This document shows positions 23,164 to 37,890 of a DNA stretch of 64,000 nucleotides, in pieces. The notes beneath the pieces were generated by a model. The model made no database searches. It was given only the letters and a program-made list of their open reading frames with translations, and was not told where the DNA came from. Position 1 is the first letter of the stretch; the number at the start of each line of letters is the position of its first letter. The stretch comes from Nageia nagi (taxonomy: Eukaryota > Plantae > Pinophyta): assembly GCA_050084985.1 (NCBI GenBank), contig JBITNC010000002.1, positions 34,286,001 through 34,350,000 on the forward strand. The letters are read 5' to 3'. The position numbers and the translations under genes are program-made.

Positions 23164-26100
23164 TGTGGAAAATGATTTAGTTTTCATGTTTGGTATATTT
23201 TCATATCAAATTAAGGGAAAAAAATATACAAATACCATACAAATGAAATACCCATATAGGGACAAGTCAAACACAAAATGGAATAATCATATATTCCCAT
23301 TTACCAATTAATTATCTAGGTTTTCATGTAAATGAGGAGGACATATTAGAGACCATGTAGTATGGAGGCATGTGCATGGATTTTGGTAGGCCACCTTGGT
23401 GTGTCAACATGTTGATATCACCATTGTTTAGTACATGGTGGGCATAGGACTATTGATCCTCTGTTTAGATGTATAACCATAACATATCATGTTTTGATTG
23501 GATATGCTCTATGTTTATCATGGGATTGATTTTTAGGTGTTATTTATTCTATTGTTATTATTTTATTATATTTCAAATCTAGAGAACATTATTTTTATAC
23601 TCAGAAGCATTTTTTAGGAGACTAGTTTATCCTTTTGAGTTGAAATCAAAGTCATCTAGTCAAACCATATGCATCTATATACTGGAGGAAAATTTGTTGT
23701 AATTTATTAACCACAATATCTAAAATTTTATCCCACAAAAATACTATAAATGGAGGCTATTTGGAAGGTGAAATTTTGAAGAGAAAAATAATTTATGAAA
23801 GAGAGAAGGTTTTGATAATGTTGATAAACATGAAAGTGTGAGAGTATTTTTGTTAAGATTATATTGGGAATTTTAAATTCCATTGGATATTGAAGAATTT
23901 TTATATCTTGTAAATTATAAAGCATTTTTTAGGAGGATGTTGTTTGTACTATATATCCTCATCATTAAGAATAATATCTTTTAGTTTTTGGGTTTCTTTG
24001 GGTACTATGATTCCCTGGGGTAAATTGGGTATTCTCATGATGATTTTTTCTCTCATATTTTAGCATTTTATTTATCAATAATCTATTTCAAAATTATAAA
24101 TCTCTTCAAGTTAAAAATTCAAGTACTTCTAAAATATAATTGTGATGAAATTTGTATGTAAGATTCAGCAAGAATATTATAGAGAACTAGGCTTTACGAA
24201 TTATGTTAGTATTAGAGATAAAGTTTGATCAATATGGGATTATGTTTATGTATTCTTGGAACTAATCTTGCAAGCTAGTATTTTCTTGTGTTTAGTATAT
24301 ATTTTATGTTAACTAGATAAAAAAGAAAAAGGGAGAAGAAATCTTTAAGGAAGGAGATTTGAAACTTAGCTCAAGAGTTTGGTTGAGTGCATAAAGGAGT
24401 ACATACATAGAAGAAACTTATTTTTTTAGAGATATTAATTCCTTTAAAGATATGATGAAACTAATATTTATTCATTTTTAAGAAATTAAAGAATAAATAA
24501 TGCATAATAATAATTTTTGTGGAGGAGAACCAAGCTATAGAGTTCCAAATGAAGGTGAACTTCCTAAGAATGATAATGGAAAGACTTCTTTCTTCACTTC
24601 CCTAAAATATCCTCTTTATTTAGAAATAAAATATGATTTTCCTACACATTATGGAGAAATTAATGCTAATAAAACTAGCCTTTTGGATAAAATAAATTGA
24701 TTCTATTATAGAGTTTAATGATGTATGGATGATAGGACAAAGAGACAAGTATCTACTCTCAAATTAGGAGATTCAACTCTCATTTGCTGGAAAATTCATC
24801 TTAATCATGTAAATATTCATATTCATACATGGAGAGAGTTTACAAAGTTGGTAAGGGATCAATTCTATCCACTTTGGTGTTTTAAAAGGTCATCATGGAG
24901 TGATAAAATCTTCATCAAGATAAGACTACACTAATAAGTTCAGAAAAAAAGGTAAATATGATTGGTATTGCATTAAATAGAAATAAAAAGTTATATAAAT
25001 ACATTGGTGGTTTATATTCATATTTAGAGAACACTTTTATACTTTTTAAACTAAATAATTTAGATAAAGTTTCTATTCAAGCTACACATCTTGAGGCTCA
25101 TGCAAAATTTAAAGAATAAGATCCTAACGATAAGAAGAAAAATAATGGTTTAAAAAAGAAGGTGGTAAGAAATAATAATGTCCTCATTGTTAAATTATGG
25201 GATAGGTTGAATATAAATTTGGCAAATTCATCCTATGTTGAAACCAATAAAAATTAATAGAGGGTTTAAAAAAAAGAATGATTTAATATCAAATAACAAA
25301 GAGGAAAAGAAAAAGTATTATGAAGTAGAGAGTATCTCAAATGTTTATGAGAATATTTCTTGCATGGGTGTGAATTTTTCATCTTCTATAAATGAATAGG
25401 AGAAATAAACTCAACTTTTTCATATGAAATTGCAAGCTAAGAAGACCAAGATCGATTTTTTTTTTATCTTATTTCTCAAGTTAATCTTATTTGAGAGGAG
25501 TTGATATGGACGCTATAGATGGAGACTCATTTTTTCATGCACATCCTTATCCACTTGGATGGATTAATAAGAAACAAACATGTAAGTCACACAACAATAT
25601 ACATTAAAGTTTATCACTAGATGAAGTTGAACTAGACTTAGATCCTCTTGATATTTGTAGGATAATGTTGGGAAATATTTAATTATTTTGTTGGAAGGCT
25701 ATATATTTTAAGGTATAGAATAAGTAACATCTTGTTAAGGATGGTAAACATTTTATTGTAAAGTATCATATGAATAAAAGTGAATCTCCTTTTCACATAG
25801 AAAGACCAATTAAAAGTTTATTCAATGCTTCTCAAAATCTAACACTTATTGTAATGAGAGATCAAGAGATCACACCTTATGTTTAGGGATATTATCCTCA
25901 ACATGCAGTGAAGAACCCAAAGTTTTAGAAGAAATCTTCTTATTGAATGATAATATATGTTAATAAAAAGAGGCATCATTTTGTCTATCGTAGGGATAAA
26001 TTGGAAGTACGAGATCATGGAGGATCCTACTTTCCATTTGCAAAATTTGATGAAATTTTACTATAGAATCCATGGATTGATATAACAATGCATTCATAGA

Positions 26101-27016
26101 GTGTGAGGTGGTATGAAGTACCATAGGAAATATGTGTTCCTCAATTTCATTATTCCTAAGCTTTTGGGGACCAAAATCCATCTTATTTGGGAGGAGTAAT
26201 AGAAAATTTAGATCAACTAAAATCAACAAAAATATAATTGCACTTTGAAGACCTCTTCTAGATTTTTGATGATTTTTATAACATTAAAAATGAACGTTTG
26301 ATGTGAAAAATATTTTAGTTTAATTTTTGGTGTATTTTTCCAAATAAACTAAAAGGATAAAATATAAAAATAGCACAAAAAGTTGTAGCCCCATGTAGGG
26401 ATAAGTCATGGATAAATCATCATCAGAATGGACTAATCATATATTCCCATTGACTAATCAACTATCTTAGTTTGCATGTGAAGAAGAAGGAGTTATTGAA
26501 GTGCATATGGTATGAAGGGATATGTGTAGGTTTAGGTAGGCCACTTGAATGAGTCAACATGTTGATATCATCACTTCACAACACATGGTGAGAATAGGAC
26601 TTTTCATCCTCTCTTTGAATATTTGACTGCTACTTGTTATGTTTTGATTGGAGGTACCTTATTTTTGTTATGGGATTGATTTTTAGATGTTATTTATTTT
26701 GTTATTATTATTTTTTGAGACTACTTGTGAATCTAGAGAGCACTAGTTTTATAACCCAAAGCTTATTTTAGGCGATTAGATTATCCTTTTGAGATGAACT
26801 AAAAACCACAAGATCAAATAAGATTAGCATATGTATTGGAGGTAAATTTATTATAACTTCTTAACCATACTATATTTAATTTTAGCCTACAAAAATATTA
26901 TAAAATGAAGCTATTTGGAAGGGAAAATTCTAAAGGGAAAAAGAGTATTTGAAAGAGATAAGGAAGGTTGTGATAATGTTAATAGAGATTAAAGTGTGAA
27001 ACTATTTTTGTTAAGA
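23164..27016 (+). mobile_element. Old Ty3/gypsy (CRM-like gag and protease) LTR element lacking RT; direct repeats ~23164-23858 and ~26303-27016
   Basis: Shared blocks cccat.taggga.aagtca, gtcaacatgttgatatca, aaagtgtga...tatttttgttaaga; internal LEIKYDFPTHYGEINA, LKLGDSTLICWK, TWREFTKLVRDQFYPL, LFHMKLQAKKTKID, HPYPLGWINK. Confidence 0.75.
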
Positions 27017-27660
27017 AAATTCTATCCTTCAAGTAAATTTGCATACCAATTATAGAAGTATGTCTAAAAAATTTTATGCTTGTGTTCGATCTACCACCAC
27101 TGCTCCATCACCATTTTCTCTTCTCCACCAGACATGCATTAGGCATGTTTTTAAAAGCTAGTAGTGGGTATTTCTTTGAAACATTCCACCCACCCAATGC
27201 ATGATTCCACTACTTTGCTAGAGAGATAATGGATGAGTGTATAATAAATAATTATGGGTGTATGCATAAGGACTAATTATATACATCTATCTAACAACTA
27301 GTTGTAGATGTATTTCTTCAACTAATTACGGGCATGTGTCTAACAACTAATCATGGGTGTGTGTTTAATGTGAAATTACAAGTATGTACTTGAATATAAA
27401 AATTAAATTTAAAAGTATGAAATCATAGGTATGTGTCTCTTTTACATTGTGGGTGTATGTATTGTAAATAGAATAATAAAAGGAAATTCAAATTTAAATT
27501 TAAAAATATCAAATCATGAGCATGTGTTTAGAAATAATATGGATGTTTGTATAATTCATAATTTCAAAATTATTCATCAACTTAACTTGTAGTTAATACT
27601 ACATAGCTACCCATGTTATATGATTTTTTCTTTTTAGATTAGTATAATCTCATCCCTCTC

Positions 27661-27902
27661 ATTGCAGATGCTTGAATCCTCTATGTATGGATGTGTTTCA
27701 CCATGCATGTTATCAAATAAGGTCTAGGATTCCATTATTTTCTTATATATTTTTTTTTCATGCATATCTACCATAAAAACTAGCTACACTATTGTAGAAG
27801 CTTGAATTCTCTAGGTATGGTAATTATTTCATAAAGCATGTTTTCAAATAAGGTCTTGGCTTCTATTTTTTCTTAGATATTTTGCATGCATGTGTACCAT
27901 AA
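27661..27902 (+). repeat. 130-bp tandem duplication
   Basis: attg.aga.gcttgaat.ctcta.gtatgg...gcatgtt.tcaaataaggtct at 27661 and 27791. Confidence 0.8.
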
Positions 27903-29989
27903 TAATTGGATGCAATATTTGTACTTGAATTATTAATTTTGGTTATGGAGTTGTGATGAGGGACTTTTTTTGTTCATAAAATAATTAGGTTGTTGAGTTA
28001 TGATGTTTTTCTAAAAAAAATAGAAACCTAATGCTTGGTTGAGAGTTAAAACTCACATTTACAAATTTTATAAATTTTATAAAAACACTTACCTCAAAAT
28101 CCAACTTTTTGGGGGTGCAATATGCCATCAAACTCTAAAATAATTCTTATATATATAAAAAAAATTATATGGAACACTCCAAAATAATTTTCATTCTCCT
28201 TTCTCTCCCCTTTTATTTGTTATAATGAAATAAAACACTGACATTGTTAGAAACATCTCCTATTCAAAAACTATATTACATGACTATTGAACATAAAAAA
28301 ACTATATTACATGACTATTAAACATAAAAATCTTTCATGTTTCCTCCATTGAACATAAAAAATCTTATTGTATCTTTCCTCTCCATATAGTAAATTAGCA
28401 AAGATTCATGCAAAATAAATAATGTTGGAAATTTCATTCTAGTAATTATAGTTTGTTTGAAGTAGATCTTTGTATTGTTAATGTAATCTCTTATTATGAG
28501 AAGTGATAAGCAAACTTAGAGGAATGTTATGAAATATATGATGATAGTAAAGAGTGATTGAATTCTAAATTCTTTAGAGATAGGATGCTATGTTTTTGTG
28601 TTGTATCCATAAATAATTTGACTCGTGTAATGATAATATTTTAATATTATTGCATTCAATCTAATGTTTGAATCAGAGGATGATGCATATTTTATCAATG
28701 AATTATTTTCATCCCTTTGGATAAAGAGGTGCATCTTGAAAGTTGAAATCAATATTCACAATTAAGACAAGGTAGTGTAGGTGTTAATTCTTTCTGCATT
28801 TTTTTATGCTAAAACCTTAGAAAGCTACAAGATGTGCTCAAGTATGAAGTAGATAAAAGATTTTAAGAAAAGGACATCTTTGCAATTTTTTGTATTCCTT
28901 AATGAAAATACTTGTTGCTACTTATGATGCTTATCTATGCAAATATTTTTTTGAACTACTTATTAATGGAATAAATATCTTAAAAAAAATAAACCACTTG
29001 CATGAAGGGCTAAATGTTGATTAACATGATGGTAGAAATATGGTATTTAGATACCAATATTTGAGGGTGAGTGTTTGATGTTTTTGAAAAAGCCATTTTA
29101 AAAATTAGAACCTTGTAAAATTTCAATAACTATCATTGAATTCAAGTATTGAAGTTTCAAGTGCATTGAAGCATTTTGATTTTGGAAGTGATTCTTGCCT
29201 ACAACATTAACAATGATTGTATCTTTACCTATTATGAATCACATCTCCATGGGTAAGAATTATTATCATTTTTATTTGTGTATATTTTTCTTAATTATTT
29301 ATTTATGTTTGATGATAATTGCTTGAATGTTATTTAATTTTGGCCACCTTCACTAACTAAAATTAGTTTTCCATTATTAAATTCTATGCCTATTGTAGAA
29401 GCTACCAACTCATGTTTTTATGTATGGATTTTGGTATATAATGATTCATCCCATAAATTATACAATAAAAGTCACTCATATTAATGTATTTGATGCCCTT
29501 GCCCACTAAGTTCATAGACTATATGTAAGTTACATACAAAGGTTATGTTGCCATGATTGATTGTGCTATTAAATAGTTTAAGGGTGTTTGGTTGTAACTA
29601 AGAATTACTTCAATTTGCAATGAGAATTTTCTTGTGTATTCATCTAAAATTTTGAGTCTTATATATTTGTTTTTGCTCTTCATAATTTACAAAACAAATT
29701 TGAGGTAGTGTTTTCATAATTTGATACATAATGGCATTAAAATGGCATAGAATATTTAATTTACTTGAATAAGATATCCATGGAAAAATAACTCTTTTAT
29801 CGTAAGGATTTAACCTGGTCAAAAATACCATGCATGGGAGGATTGACATAAGCAATACTTTTATGTAAGTTGGAGGATTTAATAAAGAGTGAATAATCTA
29901 ATTATGAAGTACAATGCATATTTTTGTGTAAGAAAAAAAATTAAAATTATCAAGAAGATAATTACAAATGTAAGGCAATCAACATGACA

Positions 29990-31930
29990 TGAAAGTAATT
30001 ATATTTTTTCCTAATTTTTATATTGCATAGTCATATTTTAGAAACTAATGTATTCTAAATTGTTTTTTTTTTATGTAGTTATTGGTATATTTACATCTAT
30101 AAGGATAAGTAAAATAACCCACCTCCTCCAATATGAAAGAGTCACTTTGCTGAGAAAATAGGTTATCAATGTCATTTAATTATGAAGGTATACCAAAGTT
30201 TAAAAGAAGTTACATTCATAACATATAATATTTTTGAATATATTGCATTGTATGGATAACATTACCATGAAGTACATGATATAAGAAAAACAAGAAATGG
30301 AAAGGTCAAATTTGCTTCACATATGTTGAAAAAGATTTATTCATTGATTGAGTCATTACTTATAGTTAGTAGTCCTATTGATATAATATGTTATGGGTCA
30401 TTCTTGAATGAATATATTGAAAATGTACCTATAATTCAAGACACTTGCATACTAAGGAGGGACATTCATAACATATACAAGAGATTGAACAAAGGCAAGG
30501 TATAGAAGGCTAAAGATGATGCCACTGGTAATGACTATTGGCACTAGTTTGTGAAGGATAAGTTCTTCATATATAAGAACCTTGATGATACTAAATGAAT
30601 GTTTTTTAGTGGTATTCAAATAGAATGTATTCTTAATAATATGATCTAGCTATCTCATAATAACATAATTTCAATGGTTTAAACTTTTAATACAAATTTG
30701 TATGGTGTAAGTACTGTTGATTTTTATGTATTGTTGATTTTTTTGTGTTATTATTTTTTTGCGTATATTATTTTTATGTATTGTTGATTTTTGAGTATTT
30801 ATAATTTCTATATATTTTTTATATTGTAGTAACTATTTTATACATTACTAACATTTGATGCCCAAGAAAGTGGTATACCCATGGAATGGATTTTCACTTA
30901 CAAAAATTATGTTGATGACATTGCTAAGTAGCTAGAAAAATTGAAAAAATATTATCTAAAATGACAACCAAGTTGGCATGTGAATGCATTTACTACCAAT
31001 GATGTTGTTACAAAAATTCATACCATTAGGTTTGTTTCCTATATTTTGTTAATAAATATACAAAAGAAGTTGAAAAAATGTTATTTTTTTAAGAGTCTTA
31101 TTTTATGATGTTAATCTTAAATACTTATTTTTATAATTGCATGTATGTCTAAGAAAGTGTTTGGTTGTAGGTATTTATTATGTACATAACATGTGAAATG
31201 AGCTTGGTCAAATAATATCTATAAAAAGGCATCAAGTAAAGAGGTTAGAAATGCTATGTTTTCAAGGTTATCTCAAATAATGCAGAAGTGCAAGGATGAT
31301 GCATCTATCATATTAAATGTAAGTTTTACATTGATTTTTATGAGGAGAAGTATTTTCTAAAATACTTAACTGATTATTAGTTTTAGTATGATAGAATTTG
31401 TAACTTCATTCATAACATGTTTATGGTTATTATTTTTTTACTTATCAAGCCTTTATGATTCTGATTCTCATACTTTTTGTTATAGGAATGTGGAAAAAAT
31501 GCTATAGGAATTTTTCACATTCGAACCAAGAAACTAGTTCAACCATAGAATCCTATCATTCTAATTTGAAATATAAATTTCTATGATAAAAGGTAAGAAA
31601 ATATGGTAGAATAATGGATCAGTTACTTTACATGCTTTTAGAAATAGTTTTATCATATTTTATAAAAAAATGTGCAAATTGAAAACACTTGGTTTTAAGA
31701 ATAATTATAAGAAAGTAAAGAGTCTAAAATGTTCAATAAAGAGGCCTTAATTTATACCTAATTTTATTTGTATCCCTCATGAGGATGTCATTGGTTTATA
31801 CTAGGTGAGGATCTAGTTAAATCCATGAATTCAATATCTTATGACCTAGTAGGGTGAAGAGTCTTATAGATGTAATTACAAGTAGGCATTATGAGCTAAC
31901 ACATGCAAGCATGTTTTAAAAATCATGAAC
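29990..31930 (+). pseudogene. Mutator-like (MULE) transposase with SWIM zinc finger, intron-containing, decayed
   Basis: FDAQESGIPMEWIF (~30855), WHVNAFTTND (~30975), LLCT*HVK*AW (~31175), HSNQETSSTIESYHSNLK (~31518), CNYK*AL*ANTCKHV (SWIM, ~31871). Confidence 0.75.
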
Positions 31931-32086
31931 TTGTTCATTAATTATACTCATTTATGTAGCAATGCAATGACACATGTAGCTAATATATATTATTCTTCTA
32001 ACAACATAATTTCACCTCATGCCAATAGTACTCCAAGTGAAGAAAATCTAGTTTAACCTTAAACTTCTTAGATGTAAAGGGTTGAA

Positions 32087-32106
32087 GAGAGAGAGAGAGA
32101 GAGAGG
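32087..32106. repeat. (GA)n microsatellite
   Basis: gagagagagagagagagag. Confidence 0.85.
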
Positions 32107-32889
32107 GATGGTTAAAATATTTTTTAGAGAAACCAAATGATACTCCTATAAGTGGGAACTAGTTTGGATGACTGGTTGAGAATATTCAAGTTTGATGATC
32201 CCAATTCATATTCTCACTCAGTTCTAATGCAACTAAAATATATTTAAAAAGAAAAAAACACTTGGATGAATCCTCTATATAAAAAGAAGAGTGGGACTCA
32301 AGATATGAAATCAAGTGATCTAAATATCGATACCCAAAAAAATTCTCTTTATGTATTTCTAAGATTAAAGGAGAATGGTCGAATCAAATCAAAATAAATT
32401 CAAGGTATTTTTTTAGAGATACAAATAAATTTTACAAATTATATGCTTTATAACACCAATAATATTTTTACATTTTCTTATAGATGAGGCTTTTCAATCA
32501 AAATCAAGACATAGGTGCTTAACATTATCAAGCATACTTGACAAATTTGATGTTGGGAAGAAATGTAATGATGTTGGGGATATGTAGTTGGATGTTGCTA
32601 ATATTGAAATTAATGTGGGGGGGAATTTAAGAGGACCATAATGTTATGTTTATTGATCAAATGGATTATAAATATATGGTTCTATAAGAGAACTAGTAGA
32701 AAAATAGGTGGTTGATAAATATTCTTCTCATGACTCATGAATAACTATAACAAGCCAAATAGTGTGGTTAACAAACCACTACAAGATAAATGACTCTCCA
32801 TATGATTACAATAAATCACTACAAGATAATACTACATGACATTTCACATGATCCATAATATTCTAATATAATATTCTAATATAAATCAT

Positions 32890-35800
32890 AACACTTAACA
32901 TTAAGGAGTTAATTATTCCAAAATACTTCTTAAAGTCTAAGGGACTCATCTATGAGTTCTTAAGCATCACCAAGTTGGAAGAAACACTATCTCTTACTTT
33001 TCCTCCAATCTTTCAATGAGAAATAAAAACTTGCAAGAATATGTTAGGGGAACTCCTCATGTGGTATCTTCTCCTTTGTTGGTGTTTTTCCTTTGTGATC
33101 CTCCTTTTGTTGAGTAGTTGTCCCTTAAATGAAATTCTCTCCATGCGTGGTTTACATCAACTACTCTCTCTCATCTTCTCTATGTTCTTCAAAACATGCT
33201 TTTACATCATCATCTTTTAAGTCATATTTCCATACTCCACATGAGTATGTGTTAATCATATCACATAGATGATTGTACATCACAACACATTTTGTAACCT
33301 CTACACAAATTTTTCTCCTCACACAAATTTTCACTCAAAAAATCATACCTTACTAAGGTTTTACATTCATCATTTTTATTTGAGTCCAAATGACCCATTT
33401 TAACAATCATTGTCTTCTCCAAGGGAAGACTCTTCAATGTTATCTCCATGATATAATCTTTAAGAAATGTCTTAATAATACATTCTACCACACTTTCAAT
33501 AGCCTTCAATCTATCTTTCACACATCTAATCAACAAACATTCATTACTAGCATTAACAAATAAGACAAAAAAATAAGAAATCATCACCTCCAATGATGTT
33601 TTGGTGAGTAGATGTCAACAAGATTTCCTTTGATGTTGCTTTTGAAGAAATCATTTCTTCATTCATATAAGGAATTCCCATGGTTCCCCTTTGCACATTG
33701 TTTCCTCTATAATACAACTCTCAAGCTCTTTTAATGCCTCCATTTCACCTTGAAGTCCATCAATGGCTATCTCACTATTTTTTGTCTCCCCCTTGAGATA
33801 GTCATCTTCATTTTGTAGTCTTGATAAGTGGTCTTCTCCTTTGAGAATCAAGTTAATAGCCTTAATATCATATTAATAAATGAACTCTCTTGGATCATTA
33901 TCCCATATTGCCTCTTTAACACCATCATTCACTCTAATTAAGCGAGTTTCCAAGAATCCATCCATCAAATGTGAATGGTTATCATCATCAATAAGCCAAC
34001 AAGGCTCGTTGTCTTCAACATTCTCCTCCATGAGAATGATTTGTGATCCATGATGTTAATCCATAAAATTTTGATATGGTACCTCTTTCATGAGACACTC
34101 TCCAACATGCTCCACCTCATCATGGTGGTCTTTAAGAAAGCAATCATCCAAACTCAAGTCATCTTGGAAATAATCATCATTCCCATAGAATGATTTTTCA
34201 TCCATTATTTTTTCAATGAGATAATATTCATCTTATTTTGTCTTCTCTTGAAGAAGAATTTCATCCACTTTACTCTCTTTCATGAGATTTTCACAAGCCT
34301 CTTCATAAAGCCACATCAAATTCATGTCTTCCTCTTCAAGGAATAATTCTTCATTCTCATTATATATGCCTTCATAAGACATATCTCCAACTATATGAAC
34401 CACAATAACCTCATGGGAGATGAAACTTCATAATACTCTCCAAAAGGATCTTCAAAAACCCAAGGCTCTTCCTTGCCTATATAATCTCCATGAGTGTCCT
34501 TATCACACCCATAATCATATTTCAATGCTTTCCAATCCATTTGGGCTGTTCTATAATTTGCAATGAGATGTAAAACATTTAGGTTCATACCTCTCCTAAT
34601 GTCCATGAGGGCCAAACAATTTTGATATTGCTTTTATTTCTTTTCTCTTTTCTCCTCTCCTTCAAACATGCTCCAAGTGGGTGGATCTTCATAGCCTTCT
34701 TCAAGGATCTCCCAAAAATATTTAGCCATAAAAACTATTTTTATTATTATGCTACATTGAACATAATTGTCTCTATCAAATTTGGGCACATTCAAGCCTT
34801 CAAACATGGTGTCCATATCCATTTATGTATATTTAATAAATCCTCATCACAAACATCATTAAAAAACCAATCTCAAATAAAAAATTCCTTATCCAAACTT
34901 TATTATTCCTTTAACTGGAATATATATCTTTGCATTTTATTATGCACTTTATGGATAGTTGATCATTCAAATTCAAATAATAGGAAACTTCAATTTTCCT
35001 CTACATAGCATATTCCTAGAGAAGTAGTTCTTTTACCTTCAGCATAGCTCTATAATAGTAGCAAGAAGGACTTTCTCTATCACCATGGTTTCAACTAATA
35101 ATAACAATTTTCCAACTAATCAATTCACCTCCAATATATAGTTGGATGCTTTGTTTACATAAACATCTACTCTCACTATTTCTCCATATACACAGGTCCT
35201 CCACACGTATCCAACTCTTTATAATTCCACCTAGTCTATCTCACATTGATCTCTAGACTTCTACAATATGACACTCTTCTTGTGGCCTTTTCATATCTCC
35301 ATTATCTCCCTAATATAGTTAGCATCCTTTATAGATAAATGTGTCTCTTCCAATCTTCCTCCTTACACTAGAAGGCTCATTCTACTTTGTAATACTCTTC
35401 TCAATAGCATAGGTTTGCCTTGCATTGGCACAACCTCTCTCCTTGATCAAATCTTTTCTTTATGTAGAGCTTCAAATGGCAACAAAATACCAATAGATAA
35501 ATTTACTTTTCTTAGCATCCTCAACACATTCATTAAATAGAGGGTAGTTCTCATCCCTTGTAAAAATCTTAGAGATAAACTTGGCATAGTATGGCAATCA
35601 ATGCATAATCATAGGTCCTTCGTAACTCTAATAATAGTTCAAGGAGGAGTCTTTAATAACTTAAATGCATTCACCAAATTTTAGCTATGCTATCATATTT
35701 GTAATCCCTTTATCATTAGCTTACATGTAACATATGTAATATAGTTTTCCACCTTGATGCCTTCCATCTCACTCGATAATTTCACATACAATCTTCCCCA

Positions 35801-36240
35801 CACATAGATCTAGCTTTTCATTCATTCATCAATCACTTTGTATTAAAACTTGGCCTATGCTTGCCTTCTCTTAATGATGATCCTCACATGTATGACCTTC
35901 AATATCTTAAGACTCCACATTATGCTGGTAAAGGAGTAATTCTTTATTATCTCCTTGAGGTACAACAAACTCTATTAGTTTCCTTTTTCTTCCATGCAAG
36001 ATTATTTCTTAATTAGCATTTAGTTGTAGTGTGTATATCTCTCTACACATAATCACTCCTTTTCTTCCATATGGGCCTTATCCTCTCTAACCTCTTCTAT
36101 GAATGAACTCTATTCTCCTTCAATAGGTAGTCTTCTCTCTATGCACAAATTTCTCTCATATTAGAACACAAATCTTTGAGATCTTAATTTAAAACCTAGT
36201 TTCTTCTTCATTTCTCCTCTAAAACATTTCAATTTATTTA
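32890..36240 (-). mobile_element. Copia-derived degenerate region with gag N-terminus, acidic degenerate ORF and embedded PPR-DYW fragment; ends not resolved
   Basis: FEGLNVPKFDRDNYVQCSIIIKIVFMAKYFWEILEEGY (34634-34822) resembles the Copia gag N-terminus (DUF4219-type); downstream E/D-rich ORF remnants; no RT/INT seen. Confidence 0.5.
35530..35940 (-). pseudogene. PPR E+/DYW domain fragment
   Basis: HS*NLVNAFKLLKTPP*TIIRVTKDL*LCIDCHT corresponds to HSEKLAIAFGLL.TPPGT.IRV.KNLRVC.DCH; the EKL..EM motif lies upstream. Confidence 0.8.
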
Positions 36241-37646
36241 TTTCATCATTTATGTACATGGGATAGGCCTAAAAAAGGTTTGTTAGAAAGAAAAATAGTC
36301 ATTACAATATTTATTATGGAAAACAAAATTCATAAAATAATAATGATTACTTATTTTGTACTTCCTCTCATGATATGAAAGAAAAATCCATGGTAAAATT
36401 CTAGATAAGTTGTTTATAGTTTATTACCCCAAATTTGAAATCAATCACCCAATAATGCACACATGATTAAGATAAAAACATATTAAAGAAAGCTTTTCAA
36501 TAGTTTTTTCCTTGACATTTTATAGTATATTTCTTATAACCATTTCTTATTTTTATATCATCCCTCAGTTCTATCTCTTCATCAAATTAATTACAAATGC
36601 TTATTTGCAATCATCATCAAGTCTGCAACCAAGGGTATCAAGAATATAATATCTATCTTCCTCAACTATCATAATGAAGAAATGCTCAGCACAACCAACA
36701 ATGTAGATTCTTGGTACATTTTATATTTCATCTCAAACCTTTTCAAATATTCTATCCTTTCAAATTTAAAGTTTTTCCATGATTCCCTTTATCTTAAATA
36801 GGACTTTTTTGAAGTTCATTAAGTCCATAGTCAAAGGTTTTAACTATTGATCTATAACTAAATCCAAATAAAAACAACCATCTTGAACTTTTTCTTTAAA
36901 GGATGGACCTCTTTCATCCTATTCCATTATTGGCATCCTTTTCATATTAATTCATCAAGTTTTCTTTTGTTAGGAAACTTATTAGGTTTTGTGCATAACC
37001 AATATGTAATGAGTATAGAACAAACTTAACAAGAACTTTCCCCTCCTCCAACTAGCTAGTCTATGATGCAAAATATAAATTAGTATGCATAGACCATTTC
37101 AAATCTATATTTATTAATTGAAATTATTCCCATGTGGCATTAACATATCCACTCATGACCTAAAAAAATATAGAATAAAATAAATAATTACCATATATGG
37201 ACTTAAATCAACAAAAGTAATGAAGAAGCATGTCAATGAAGGCAACCCAAAATATCACCTAATTTTTTCTTCTATTTTTTCATCTCGTGTGGTTTCTTCC
37301 CCTTGCTATGTCCAATTATTTCCATATAAAACATTATGAAGTGGGATCCTTAGTGTTAGATTATCATCTTCATGTGCATCTGCTTCCACTTCATCTTTCT
37401 TCTTCTCCACATCTTGTTTGACATTTTCTTAGGAGGAGCATAACAAATAAATAAACATAGGTAATAAAGTAGAAGATTATATCAAGCTATAAAATACATA
37501 TAAGAAATGGTACATACCACATGCCCTAATATTAATATAGAAAATAAGGTCCAAAATATTAGAAGGATGATAAAAAAATATTAAATATTCCCCTCCAAAA
37601 AAAACTATGAGCTACAAAGTTTGATTGAATTACAACACACTTAAAA

Positions 37647-37890
37647 CTAATAATAAAATATTATTACATTCTTATATGATCTAAAAGTACCAAGCATAAA
37701 CTTGCACACAACCAATTCAATTTTTATGGGCATCTTGGAAATGAAGTTCAAATCCTCCTCAAGAGAGCCTACATGACAAAGAAGGTAAACAAAACACATA
37801 TAATGATTCATCTTAGGAATAATGCAATAAGAGTCACTCATGCTATTAAAGCATTTATAAATCTCATCCACTAGACCTACATGGCCATAA
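37647..37890 (-). pseudogene. PPR L2/S2/E-motif fragment
   Basis: HVGLVDEIYKCFNSMSDSYCIIPKMNHYMCFVYLLCHVGSLEEDLNFISKMPIK. Confidence 0.85.

Noticed and set aside
28620-29750. Coding-like stretch upstream of the MULE transposase
   Set aside because: Too degenerate to assign to gag, transposase or a host gene by eye.
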